DNA from: an uncultured Amnibacterium sp.
GTDB lineage: Bacteria > Actinomycetota > Actinomycetes > Actinomycetales > Microbacteriaceae
Direction of reading: 5' to 3'
Length of the DNA: 64,000 nt
NCBI RefSeq assembly: GCF_964244015.1
Contig: NZ_CAXTHO010000001.1
Coordinates: 4,364-68,363, forward strand
Part shown: positions 10,503 through 20,492 of the stretch, piece after piece
Position numbering within the stretch: the first letter of the stretch is position 1
How the letters are laid out: every line of letters starts with the position of its first letter
Notes under the pieces: generated by a model
What the model was told of the DNA's origin: nothing
Databases searched by the model: none
The model's input: only the letters and a program-made list of their open reading frames with translations
Position numbers and translations under genes: made by a program

Positions 10503-10510
10503 TCCACCTG
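10491..10510. other. attL of serine-integrase island
   Basis: CAGGCGG-GC-AA-GT-CCACCTG, a near-perfect dyad around the AA crossover dinucleotide (10500-10501). Confidence 0.88.
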
Positions 10511-10548
10511 GTGCGAGTGGCGCACCTACGGGGTGGAGGTGACCGGAC

Positions 10549-12018
10549 ATGCGTGGAGAGAGGCAACACGGGTCTGCGGAGCAGGTCCTGGCGTACGTAC
10601 GGATTTCAGAGGACCGCGCCGACGAGGCCGCTGGGGTCGGGCGGCAACGCGAAGATTGCGTGGCGTTATGTGCCCGACTAGGGCTCGATGTCCCCGAGGT
10701 CTTCATGGACAACGATATTTCGGCATTCTTGAATAAGAGCCGGCCGGGATATGACGCCCTGATATCCAGAGTTCGCCTTGCGCCTACTCGTCTCGTGGTT
10801 TGGCATGTCGATCGTCTTTATCGGCGGCCGCGTGAACTTGAAGATCTAATCGATCTTGTGGAAGCGAATCCGATCACCATTGAAGCGGTAATGGGTGGAG
10901 GGTTTGACCTCAATACCCATGAGGGCCGTCTCATGGCTCGACAACTCGTGGCTATTGCGTCGTATGAGTCCGGCCACAAAGCGGATCGTATTCGACGTGC
11001 CAACCGCCAGAAAGCGGAGAGAGGTGACTGGCACGGTGGGCCGCGATTTGGATACGGATTAAACGGGGCCTTAGTTCCGCGTGAGGCTGCAATTGTTCGA
11101 GAAATGGCGAATCGGTGTCTTGCGGGACAGTCATTAAGGTCCATAGCGCAGTGGCTAAACGATGAGTCGGGTGCGGTTCCGACTCATGCTGCTCAGGGGA
11201 CGTTAGGCGTGTGGCACGCTACGACGGTCAAGTCAATTTTGACGTCGGCAAGGATCTCCGGTCAGCGTGCCTATGAACCGGGTAGTCATAATGGGGATTC
11301 TCCGACTGGGCGGAAAATTCTGGGGCCGGGAAACTGGCCAGCTATAATTACTCCGGATGAAACCGCGCGACTTCGCGTGATTATTGGCTCGCCTGACAGG
11401 CGTGCATCCGCTTCGTCTATCAGGCTTCTCTCATCTATTGCAACCTGCGGACTGTGTGGTGCTGGGTTGATGTCGGGGTGCAATCGCGGTGCTGCCCTAG
11501 CTCAGAAACGGCGGCGCTACTTGTGCAAGAAAGAAGCGGGTCGGCCTGATCGTGGAGGCTTGTCGATTGTCGCTGAACCGCTCGAGGATCTCATATCTGA
11601 AGCAATTATATTGCGCTTGGCGCACACTCGGATGCCGAAAGCCCAAGGTGGGACTGGGCAGTCAGAACTCTCGGCTGCCCTTGAGCGTGTTGCGGAAACT
11701 CGAGCTCGACTTGAGGATTTGTCGAGCGACTATGTCCGCGGCTTGCTCACACGGAGTGAGTTTAGTTCCGCGCGGATGGCGGCGCAGGGAGAGATTGTGA
11801 AGTCAGAGGCGGTGATCGCAAGACAGTCTAGATCGACGGTGTTTAGCGGGATTCCAATCGGAAGCGAAAGTGGCATGAGAGCGGCCTGGGATCGATGGAA
11901 TATACCGCAACGCCGGGCAATTCTCGCCGCAATAGTCGACACACTGATTGTCTTGCCGCGCAGGGATAGCGGTCCTATCTTCCGGCCCGATCGAGTCGAG
12001 TTGAGGTTCAAGGTTTAG
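10549..12018 (+). CDS. Large serine recombinase (integrase)
   Basis: YVRIS catalytic Ser, DRLYRR, recombinase domain (GGPRFGY), zinc ribbon CGLCG...YLC; GGAGGT RBS 8 nt upstream. Confidence 0.95.
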   Translation: MRGERQHGSAEQVLAYVRISEDRADEAAGVGRQREDCVALCARLGLDVPEVFMDNDISAFLNKSRPGYDALISRVRLAPTRLVVWHVDRLYRRPRELEDLIDLVEANPITIEAVMGGGFDLNTHEGRLMARQLVAIASYESGHKADRIRRANRQKAERGDWHGGPRFGYGLNGALVPREAAIVREMANRCLAGQSLRSIAQWLNDESGAVPTHAAQGTLGVWHATTVKSILTSARISGQRAYEPGSHNGDSPTGRKILGPGNWPAIITPDETARLRVIIGSPDRRASASSIRLLSSIATCGLCGAGLMSGCNRGAALAQKRRRYLCKKEAGRPDRGGLSIVAEPLEDLISEAIILRLAHTRMPKAQGGTGQSELSAALERVAETRARLEDLSSDYVRGLLTRSEFSSARMAAQGEIVKSEAVIARQSRSTVFSGIPIGSESGMRAAWDRWNIPQRRAILAAIVDTLIVLPRRDSGPIFRPDRVELRFKV

Positions 12019-12208
12019 TGCTGGATCGTGCAATCGCGGCGATCTTGCGAATTGCGAGCGCGTCTTCGACGCCGAGCGGCACCCCGGAAATTAGGCAGAC
12101 GCGTTTCGTCCAAGCGGCAATGTCGAGATCCTTCGGGAGAGTTGAGGGTGGCGTTGTGTCGCGGATCGTGCTTGCCTGGCTTGAAATGATCGCCTCCGAT
12201 GTGCGCAT
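12008..12208 (-). CDS. Small hypothetical protein convergent with the integrase (possible directionality factor)
   Basis: 66 aa, IAAWTKRVCLISGVPLGVEDALAIRKIAAI; overlaps the integrase stop. Confidence 0.45.
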   Translation of the reverse strand: MRTSEAIISSQASTIRDTTPPSTLPKDLDIAAWTKRVCLISGVPLGVEDALAIRKIAAIARSSTKP

Positions 12209-12468
12209 CTAGTTGTGGTTGGGAGGTGCGCACATGGGGACAGAAGCGGTAACCACGGACGCGTGTCGTACCTGACAGTCCACGCCCTCAATTGTGTTAC
12301 TTCGATAGCGGATGAGGATCCGCTCCCAACAACGTGCGCGGGTGTTCCATACGACGGGACGGTCCGTGAAAGACGCTCAATTGTGAAGAGTTGGTTATCT
12401 AGTCCAGGCGTGCCGAGAGTGCACCGAGTTACATGTTGGCGATAGCACTTGTGCGAGATGCGACCCGC

Positions 12469-12633
12469 TCAGAGAGACGGCGCCTCAGCATCCGGGTCGG
12501 AGTCAGTCGACGTGATTCCGCAGTCACAGAGCCAGTAGAGGTCCGTGGGGTCACCTACGAGTTCGCGCTTGCGAAGGCAAGTTGGGCATGTAGGTGCTGA
12601 GTCGTCGAGCGCTTGGCTAAAGTTGTCGCTCAT
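12469..12633 (-). CDS. Small putative zinc-finger protein
   Basis: 54 aa, CPTC...WLCDCG; GAGGG RBS before ATG. Confidence 0.45.
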   Translation of the reverse strand: MSDNFSQALDDSAPTCPTCLRKRELVGDPTDLYWLCDCGITSTDSDPDAEAPSL

Positions 12634-12730
12634 ACCCTCATTTTGCTCTGTGCGTGATGCGTTCGCGTCCTGGTCGACTGAACGGTGCGTCATCGGCTGA
12701 TTCACGCGACAGCACATAGGGCGTAAGACG

Positions 12731-13978
12731 CTAGCGATGGAGCGTGTCTCGTCTCGAGTGCTCGCGATGCTCCGGTCGGAGGTCGCTGGAGGACGCGCTC
12801 GGTGCGGCGGCGCCGTCGCGGAGGCCGAACGAAGGCTGGTGTGCTCGAATTGTCTCGACTGACAGTGGGGGGCGGGTGTCTCGCGATCGGTCGTGATGTT
12901 GCGCGAGTCGTGCTTCGACATGTCGCAGCCGAGCTTCCGCGTCTGTGAGAGTCATCGCGTGTCGGAAAGGACGTCCCAGGCGACCCTCCGCGTCGAGCTG
13001 CATGTCCTGCGCTTGGGTCATCTCCACGCGGGCCTGCGCTACCAGCGCCTCAAGTCCGGTCACGCGGTTCTCGAGGCGTTGGACGAGGCCGAAGGCGCTC
13101 TCTAGGAACACCTCTCGAGTGACCAGAATGCTCGTCCTCGGGAGGTCTTCGAGGGAAAAGCGCATCTCGAGCGTCCCCATGCTTGGTCGGGTCGCAAGGT
13201 GGATGTCGAAACCAGAGATCTTCCCGAGGGTGCCCCAGTCGCGCCTGGTGGAGCGGGGTGCCCAGCGCAGTCTGACGTCGGCGGCCCACATGGCGAATGC
13301 TTGCGCGGCTCGGCCGCGGGACGTGAATTGCTCGCCTCGGATGTCCATCGTGAACCGGTCGCCGGAGAGGTCCCTGACGCGCGGAAGCACTGCGGCGAGC
13401 GAAGCGGCGTCGGAGTTCGCTCGGGCGATGGTGTCTGCTGCGCCGTCGCGCGTGTGAATGAGCATGTGCTCATTGCGGGAGTGCGCCCGTTCGAGTCGGC
13501 GGAGGCGAGCGACCTCGGCTTGCAGGGTCGAGTGTTCCAAGAGCAGGGGGTTGCCGGAGGAGATCGCTTTGGCCTCCGCGGCGGAGAGCGCTGCGGTGTC
13601 GATCTCGTCGATCTCGCGGGTGTCGAGGCTGCCGTGCATGACTTGGGCGATGAAGGTCGCTTTCCGTTCGACGCCTTGCCACATGTAGGAGTCGAATGAG
13701 CGTTCGGTGACGAAGCGGACGATTGCCACTTCGCTGTTCTGGTTGCCCTGTCGCAGGATCCGGCCCTCGCGTTGTGCGATGTCGGATGGTCGCCAGGGGC
13801 AGTCGAGGTGGTACAGCGCGACGGCCCGGGCTTGGACGTTGGTGCCGACGCCCATCTTCTCGGTGGAGCCGATGAGGACGGCGATGTGTCCGGTGCGGGC
13901 TGCGGCGAAGAGGCGGGCTTTGTCGGCGTCGTTCTTCGCTTCGTGCATGTATCGGATCGTGTCCGGTGGCATGCCCAC
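12731..13978 (-). pseudogene. C-terminal fragment of a large SNF2-type helicase / methylase-helicase of mobile elements
   Basis: GSTEKMGVGTNVQ, HLDCPWRPSDIAQREGRILRQGN, SFDSYMWQ; no Walker A/B or N-terminal part upstream. Confidence 0.75.
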
Positions 13979-14247
13979 GACGACGTCTTCGAACAGCTGG
14001 CGGCTCTATTCGCTGATGGTCTTATCGCCCCGGGTTGAGCAAATCCGGGGCGAAGCGGTCGATTTGCTCAGGCATCCATCGCCACGGCGCATATTCGACA
14101 GGACGGCTGTAGCAAGGACTGTGCCGCAACCGTCGATTAGCTTTCGATCGGAGTATTCCCCATCTGGGACAGGGGCTCGTCGTCGATCTCCCGTCTACAT
14201 CAGGTGTGACTTTTTTTCTGTCTGATTCGAGACCGAAGGTCCTGGCG

Positions 14248-14850
14248 TCATGCCGTCGTATCTGGTGGATCGATCCGCTGGGCCGCTGCGGTGAACAGGG
14301 CGGTGACAATCAGCAGTGCGAACAGCGCAATCGGATTGGCGGATGGGTTGAGCGGATGGGGGAGGAGCGCCCACGCGGAATACGGGATGGTATAGCTCCA
14401 GAGCGCGAACGCGATCACCGCCAAGATCGTCTTGCGAGCAATCCGTAGGACGCGCGATGACGTGTCGCCTGTCGTGTCGAGAAGAACGGCCGCGATGGTG
14501 AGCGCGACGGTTGCTGCAAGCGAGATGAGCCAAGCCGGCATGCTCACGACCGCCGCGCTGGAACCGGTGGCATCGTGTGGCTGCAGTGCGGTCACAAGCC
14601 CGGCGTAGCCCGCGAGGATCTCGGTTGGGAGCCATCTGGTGAGCGCGCCGAGCACGTTGAGCGTCTGTTCGCCGAGTGAGGCCGTGGTCTCGCTCGTGCC
14701 TGGCGTTCCGGAAACGCTGATTCCGGCGCTGCGGAGCCTGCCGGCCGTCTCCTGAGTTGTGTCGGATGCCGTGAGCGCATCGATGGTCTGCGGTCCCACC
14801 GTCGCTTTCCACGCGGCCGCGCGTCCGGTCGCGATGGCGAGCACACTCAT
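14248..14850 (-). CDS. Hypothetical membrane protein (about 4 TM)
   Basis: 200 aa, TRWLPTEILAGY followed by hydrophobic helices; downstream of the DyP gene. Confidence 0.65.
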   Translation of the reverse strand: MSVLAIATGRAAAWKATVGPQTIDALTASDTTQETAGRLRSAGISVSGTPGTSETTASLGEQTLNVLGALTRWLPTEILAGYAGLVTALQPHDATGSSAAVVSMPAWLISLAATVALTIAAVLLDTTGDTSSRVLRIARKTILAVIAFALWSYTIPYSAWALLPHPLNPSANPIALFALLIVTALFTAAAQRIDPPDTTA

Positions 14851-14925
14851 CGTTAGACGCCCTGAACGGATCGATTGCCGGGGACTTCCCGTATGGGTTG
14901 GGCGATCTTGACGCCACTGAGCCGC

Positions 14926-16500
14926 CTACACATCGGAAAGCGGGGTTCCTACTGCGAGAGAGGTCAAGGTCGCGATCGACGGCGTGAAGCTGAACAGTGA
15001 CCCGCGGGTGTGTACCCACTGCGCGAAGTGCGCCGTGGCAGTCTGTCCGCCGCCGCGGATGGTGATGTCGCTGTCCTTGCCGATGACGGGGTCGTCACCG
15101 GTGTCGGGTGCGGGGAAGCCCGGGTTGTTGACCCAGGCTTGCTGCAGGAAGACGAACTGGTCGTGCAGGCTGGCTTGGTAGCACTGGAACAACAGTCCGC
15201 GTTCGGCGTCGACACCCTCGCCGCGCCCACCGGTGGGCGCAAACGGGAGCCCGTACGGGATGCCGCGGCGGATGATCCGGTGGACTTTCGTATCGTCCTC
15301 GGTGACCGTGATCGGAGCCTTTGCTGCTCCGCTGCGTGGGTAGACCTTGCGGATGTGGGCGACCGCGGGGGTCGTGTCGCCGTTTGGGTCGCCGGCGAAG
15401 TCGAAGTCGTTGTCGTGTGCCGGGTCCTGTGCGGATCGGACATCGGCGACGGGCTCCCGGTCGGTGGGGGTGCCGCTGCGCCACCGCCCGACGAGGCGCG
15501 CCGCAAACGCGTCGGAGGAAGGAATGCCGGTGCCGGGGTCGTTGCGGAGCGCGCCTTCGGGGAGGGTCTTGTACTGCTCCTCGACGTTGGACCAGAAGCC
15601 GGCCACATCCTGCGCGAGTCTTCGGGTAACGAGGAAGCTGCCGTCCCACATCCACCGCGGCACGACCACCGGTGCGTCCGCCCCGTTGAGCGGGTCGCGC
15701 TGGTAGCCGAGGACAAAGTCGCCTGGCGCGACGAGATCGGTGCCGAGCTTCCCCTTCACCTGCTCGGTGTGAACGGGGTCGGATTCATCGAAGCCGGTGA
15801 CGCCGGGCTGGGAGATGCCGTCTTTGAAGCCGAAGTGCTCGTGCCCTGCCGCGGCGCCGGGCAGGGTCGCCCCGGATTGCTCAAACACGATCCGGTAGCC
15901 GAGCGTGGCGGCCGACTCGCGGTGCCGGGCGAGCTCGAGGTCGAGATCCTGGACCCGGTCCGCGGCCACGCAGACCACGGCGTGGATCTGATCGCTGTCG
16001 TGGCCGAACAGCCAGTTGTCCGGGGTGTTCGCGGGTCCGTCGTCGCCGACGGCTGCAAGCACGTCTGGGTGGGCGGCGCCGTCCAGCCAGTGCTGGAGCC
16101 CAGCGTCCAGTGCCGTGCGTGACCGGATCGAATCGACCGCGGCTTCGTCAAGCTGGGCGATGCCAGCCGCGGTGAAGGACACGTTCGTCCAGACCGCGAG
16201 CATGTCCGCCGGGTCTGAGCCGCTCTGTCGCCGGCGCGCGCTGAAACGCACGTTGAACCCAGCGACTTGGTCGTTGTGCGCGATCCGGGGGAGCAGCCCC
16301 TTCAGCCACTCGCGCTCGATGTCTGCGGTCGGGAACGAGACGAACAGCAGCACTTGCTGGTCCTTGTTGAACCCGGCGAGCACATTGCCCTGGATGTTCG
16401 CGTTGGCCTGAAGCGGCGTGCTGGCTGGGTCAGCCAATGGTTGAGGGAGCGGCCAGTCCGATTCAGGAGCGACCGGCGGTGCGGGTGGTGAGTATGACAT
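14926..16500 (-). CDS. Dyp-type (dye-decolorizing) heme peroxidase
   Basis: IQGNVLAGF, EHFGFKDGISQP, GSFLVTRRLAQDV, AHIRKVYPR, IIRRGIPYG, GLLF; GGAGG RBS; no Tat signal seen. Confidence 0.92.
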   Translation of the reverse strand: MSYSPPAPPVAPESDWPLPQPLADPASTPLQANANIQGNVLAGFNKDQQVLLFVSFPTADIEREWLKGLLPRIAHNDQVAGFNVRFSARRRQSGSDPADMLAVWTNVSFTAAGIAQLDEAAVDSIRSRTALDAGLQHWLDGAAHPDVLAAVGDDGPANTPDNWLFGHDSDQIHAVVCVAADRVQDLDLELARHRESAATLGYRIVFEQSGATLPGAAAGHEHFGFKDGISQPGVTGFDESDPVHTEQVKGKLGTDLVAPGDFVLGYQRDPLNGADAPVVVPRWMWDGSFLVTRRLAQDVAGFWSNVEEQYKTLPEGALRNDPGTGIPSSDAFAARLVGRWRSGTPTDREPVADVRSAQDPAHDNDFDFAGDPNGDTTPAVAHIRKVYPRSGAAKAPITVTEDDTKVHRIIRRGIPYGLPFAPTGGRGEGVDAERGLLFQCYQASLHDQFVFLQQAWVNNPGFPAPDTGDDPVIGKDSDITIRGGGQTATAHFAQWVHTRGSLFSFTPSIATLTSLAVGTPLSDV

Positions 16501-16786
16501 TGGTGCCTCCGTGCGTCGTTGCAATCGAAGAGGCGGTCAGAGGGGCCGTCGCGCGGCAGGCTCCCACCGTGAAGAAGCGGCCGCAAGCCGTCAGTTCCGG
16601 GGGCAGGCCCGGATGGTGATCGCGGTGAGGCAGCCCCGGGGGATGTTCATGCGTGCATAACTGGTCCTCTTGAATCACTCGCACGCGATGCTGGCGGAAA
16701 CGTTGTTGCGCCTTGAGTAGACATCGATCGGTAGATGGCTCGTATGCAGCGCGGACGCCCGTGAAGAGTGATCGAGCGGAGCAGGG

Positions 16787-17746
16787 CTAGGGAGCGTCAC
16801 TGGGCTTAACCGTCGCCATCACGGTCGAGACTGGCTCTGTGATCAGCGCAACTGCCGGCCGTACGGCGAACTGTTGCTCAACGCACGTCGTCGACGGCAT
16901 CGTCTGAACCATCTGTGTGTCACCCGAATCGGACACAACCAAGACAGGCACGGTGCCGTCTTGGGCGGCGCAGTTGTCGAGACGAAGTGCTGCCCAGTAT
17001 TCGGTAGACACCTTACTTGTCGAAATCTCAGTGAGGTAGCCGTAGGTCGAGGAAGTGGTGGCAGTGCTTGTGCTCGCTGCAGGCTGCGATAGGGCGAGCA
17101 GAAATCCGAAAGATCCGATCGACCCTGCGAAGACGAGAAGCGGCACGAGCCAGCTGTGCCCCCAAGGTCGGAGATATCGGCCTTGAATTTGTGCCAGCGC
17201 GTCGTACTCGACTAGTTGCTGCGCGAAACTCCGGTCAGCGATCTGCGATTGTTTCGCCGTCGCGAGATCCTGCTTCAGGTCCGAGGCTCGTGGTTTCGGC
17301 GGGACGGACTTTTCTGCGTCCTCCAAACTTGCCTGCAGCGACGCGATGATCTCAGGCCAGCCTTTGAGCCGAGTAACGAATTCGGCAAGGGTTGTCACGC
17401 CCTCTGGGAGCATGCTCGTGGTCGGGCTGTTCGCTTTCGAAACCGTCTCCGTCGACAATGACGTAAGGCTCGTGGTCACAGGCAGAAGGACCCGCCCAAT
17501 CACCAGGATGAGAAGCGTGAGGGAAACGAGCCCAATGGTGCCCAGTACGCCGGCGACCGTGAGTTGAAACCAGTCACTCGTCCACGACAGCGTAAGGCCC
17601 TTGATCGCGGGCGCTGCCCCGAAGAGGCCAACTCCCAAAGCTGCGAGCGTCGTGATGACCCATTTCGCGGCCGTTCGCGACTGCGCGTCTGCCTCGATCC
17701 AAGTCGATTCTGCCGGAGTGGGCTCGGTGCTTACCGGCGCAGCCAT
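16787..17746 (-). CDS. Hypothetical membrane protein (3 TM plus coiled segment)
   Basis: Start MAAPVSTE, RTAAKWVITTLAALG; TGATG-coupled to the upstream 85-aa ORF. Confidence 0.65.
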   Translation of the reverse strand: MAAPVSTEPTPAESTWIEADAQSRTAAKWVITTLAALGVGLFGAAPAIKGLTLSWTSDWFQLTVAGVLGTIGLVSLTLLILVIGRVLLPVTTSLTSLSTETVSKANSPTTSMLPEGVTTLAEFVTRLKGWPEIIASLQASLEDAEKSVPPKPRASDLKQDLATAKQSQIADRSFAQQLVEYDALAQIQGRYLRPWGHSWLVPLLVFAGSIGSFGFLLALSQPAASTSTATTSSTYGYLTEISTSKVSTEYWAALRLDNCAAQDGTVPVLVVSDSGDTQMVQTMPSTTCVEQQFAVRPAVALITEPVSTVMATVKPSDAP

Positions 17747-18003
17747 CAGAGTGTGCCGCGATGTCGATTGACCCGAATGATGTCGCCTGGTTGCAGCAGG
17801 CGGGCGACCTCTTCCATCGAGTCGCTCGTGGACGGAACCACCGGCACTGTCCCGTATGGAATCCAGGAGCCGTCGATCTTGATTTGGGCCATCCAGCTCA
17901 CGCGCCGGTATGGGTACCACTTGCAGTCGTGGTACAGCTCCTTCGCCCCCGCGTCCTCGCGTATCGCGCCTTCCACCGGGGTCGCTTCATGTCCGTCAGC
18001 CAT
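17746..18003 (-). CDS. Hypothetical protein, 85 aa
   Basis: Stop overlaps the next ATG (TGATG coupling). Confidence 0.5.
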   Translation of the reverse strand: MADGHEATPVEGAIREDAGAKELYHDCKWYPYRRVSWMAQIKIDGSWIPYGTVPVVPSTSDSMEEVARLLQPGDIIRVNRHRGTL

Positions 18004-18348
18004 ACCGTTCAGTGTGGCGCTACGAACGGGTCGTGAGGAAGGCGCTGCCGCCGCGTTGCGTACTCGGCCACGAGGTGCACCCCGGGCCTAGACCGGGGGC
18101 TGCGGCGCATAAGCGCCTCTACCTCGTGACGCGCAGCCTGGACTCAACGGGCAAGGGGCGGGCACGGTGGACTCAACGCGATCACGTTCGCGGAGCGGTA
18201 TCCAACCGTACGTAAAACGAATGCGGAGAACAGGCCGGAGCAGGCAATCCATTGAGCCACGCCGCGGATGGGTCCCACCCGCGGAAGCCTGGGTTGTACG
18301 ACCTCCGAACCATTGCCGACTGTCCGCGCGGACCGCCAATGTTCCGCT

Positions 18349-19059
18349 ATGAATCGCTTTCATAGATTGAAATCCCGCCCAGTCGCCATCACAGTTGCCC
18401 TCGCCACAGTGCTGGTGCTCGCCCCGAACCTGAGTGCTAACGCGACGACACCGTCGTTGCGCGATAAGTTTCAGTCGTTCTGGACGGATCACGGCGTGAA
18501 GGCAAATACCCGCGCAAGTCTCCTCAAGGCCTATGACGCGGGACAAATGCCAGATGCAGTGACTGGTAAATCCTCGTCCACCGACGTGACCAAGCGTGTC
18601 GGAGATTACGTCGTCACCACGTCGACCTATGCCGATGGCTCGGTCTCCGTTTCGCAGGTCCAAGCCCCTCTGCCGACCTACGCCGGAACGAGTTCGAGGG
18701 TTAAGCCGATGGCCATTTCTGGCTGCTCGACAGGGGGCACATCGGGTCACATCACTTACTCAAATTGCTACGTCTCGGGTAATAATGCGGCCATCACAGT
18801 CGGCTTTCAAACGAGCTTCACGTATGTACAGGGCGGATACGACCTCATCGAGAATAAGGGAAAAAACTCGTACCAGCAGTGCGCGCCTGGTCAGTGCACG
18901 GACCCGATCTTCGATAGCTGGCGCCAATACGAGACGGCGTCCGCAAAAGCCTTTCTCAAGTACCGCTTCAACTACTCTGTTTTGGGATCCACTGGTACTG
19001 GTTTCCTCCAACTGACAGTTGGAGACACGTCCGCTTCAAGCAAGTTCACGGCGCCGTGA
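18349..19059 (+). CDS. Secreted protein, paralog 1 (signal peptide, pro-region, 4-Cys C-terminal domain)
   Basis: Sec-type signal ending SANA; FWTDHGV motif shared with the next gene. Confidence 0.75.
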   Translation: MNRFHRLKSRPVAITVALATVLVLAPNLSANATTPSLRDKFQSFWTDHGVKANTRASLLKAYDAGQMPDAVTGKSSSTDVTKRVGDYVVTTSTYADGSVSVSQVQAPLPTYAGTSSRVKPMAISGCSTGGTSGHITYSNCYVSGNNAAITVGFQTSFTYVQGGYDLIENKGKNSYQQCAPGQCTDPIFDSWRQYETASAKAFLKYRFNYSVLGSTGTGFLQLTVGDTSASSKFTAP

Positions 19060-19096
19060 ACTTTTCCACTGAACACTACTTAGAAAAGAGAAACTA

Positions 19097-19855
19097 ATGT
19101 CTACTCGTTTTATGTCAAAGATGAAGAGGTCGATCGTCACTGCTTCGGTCCTGACTGCTGCGCTCGTTGCGGTGGCCCCGGGAGCAGCGCAAGCCGACGC
19201 TCCAACTGGCGAGGCGGCGCATGTGGCGAAGTTGAGCAAATTTTGGACCGCTCAGGGAGTGTCCCCAAGCATTCGGGGCGCACTCGTTGCTCGCGTCGAG
19301 AGCGGGAAGCGAGTTGAGTCGGAGACGCCCGGCGCGAAGCCAACCTCCGAGGTGACAACAAAGACGCCGACCCTCGTAACGACGAAGCTGACTTTCGCGG
19401 ATGGTTCCGTCGCCGTAACTACGGAAGAGGTGCCCGCCAAGGTCGTCCAAGCGCCGACTTCAAACGCTATGCGCACGGGCGTAGTGACCCCTCAGTCGTC
19501 ATCTAAGACTGGCTGTTCAGGCACCGGCTATCCGGACTATATCGTGTATAGCGGCTGCAAGGTTCAGGGGAGCAATGGCAACGTCACAATGTCGTTCCTT
19601 GTGGGCTACTATGTTCCGCGTGGGGGATATAGCTATCTATCGAGCAAGGGCAGCAGCCCCGCGGACAGTTGTACTTTTCCGTATGGGTGCGACACGCCAG
19701 TGAACTCCGATTACGTGAAGCAGGCGACCCCCTCGGGAAGCGCCGGCACAACATGGAAGATGCGTGTCACGACTGCAGTGTCGTCAGACACCGTTTTTCT
19801 ATCGATGAGCCTCACTAGCGGCGGTACTACGAAGGTGACTTTTAGTCTCGACTGA
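19097..19855 (+). CDS. Secreted protein, paralog 2
   Basis: Signal ending AAQA; FWTAQGV, T.ADGSV and similarly placed Cys residues match paralog 1. Confidence 0.75.
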   Translation: MSTRFMSKMKRSIVTASVLTAALVAVAPGAAQADAPTGEAAHVAKLSKFWTAQGVSPSIRGALVARVESGKRVESETPGAKPTSEVTTKTPTLVTTKLTFADGSVAVTTEEVPAKVVQAPTSNAMRTGVVTPQSSSKTGCSGTGYPDYIVYSGCKVQGSNGNVTMSFLVGYYVPRGGYSYLSSKGSSPADSCTFPYGCDTPVNSDYVKQATPSGSAGTTWKMRVTTAVSSDTVFLSMSLTSGGTTKVTFSLD

Positions 19856-19861
19856 CAGAAG

Positions 19862-19904
19862 AACGCCCCGCGTCGAAGATTATTGAACTTCGACGCGGGG
19901 CGTT
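19862..19904. terminator. Perfect 17-bp hairpin between convergent genes
   Basis: AACGCCCCGCGTCGAAG-attattgaa-CTTCGACGCGGGGCGTT. Confidence 0.85.
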
Positions 19905-20275
19905 GTCAGCAGGAGAGCAAGTTGTGTGCGCGAAAGTTGACCTGTCTTCTGAAAGATGTTACTCAAGTGACGCTTTGTTGTGCCGAGAGCGATTTTCAGC
20001 TCGGCGCTTATCTGCTTATTTGTTAGTCCTTGCGCTAGGAGCTTCGCCACTTCGCGCTCGCGCTCTGTCAAGCGCGCCTCGTTGATAGTCCCTGAAGAGA
20101 GCTCGGTTGTCGACGGCGCATTGATATCGCTTCGAGCTTCTGGTCGAAGAGGTACCGCATTGGCCTGTTCGAAAATAAGAGCAAGCACCGAAGTCGGCAT
20201 CTCGACTGTGCACGACGCGTTCGGAGTTGTACTGCCAAAGTCAAGACGGGCGGTTCTGCCCTCGTGTAGTTGCAC
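19880..20275 (-). CDS. LuxR C-terminal HTH transcriptional regulator
   Basis: LTEREREVAKLLAQGLTNKQIS.EL.IALGTTKRHLSNIFQK; no receiver domain. Confidence 0.8.
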   Translation of the reverse strand: MQLHEGRTARLDFGSTTPNASCTVEMPTSVLALIFEQANAVPLRPEARSDINAPSTTELSSGTINEARLTEREREVAKLLAQGLTNKQISAELKIALGTTKRHLSNIFQKTGQLSRTQLALLLTTPRVEVQ

Positions 20276-20492
20276 TTCGAAGTTGAATCGGATTGCTTTG
20301 GTCTCGGGCTTGAAGCTGATAACATTCCCCCAATGTCATGCGGATCTAGCGGCACTCCGCAGATACAGACCATCCTTCAGCTCCGCGTGCGACGGAAGTC
20401 TGGACGGCCTCCCAGATGCGTCTTGCACTGGTGATCGCGTCACCCCTAGTGTCGTACGCGATGTCGCTGCTCAACGCAAGGGGACCGGTTCA

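Noticed and set aside
9894-10736. 280-aa ORF as an intact gene
   Set aside because: After residue 203 it is read-through into island DNA overlapping the integrase gene
14926-16500. Encapsulin cargo DyP
   Set aside because: No encapsulin gene nearby and no recognisable C-terminal targeting peptide
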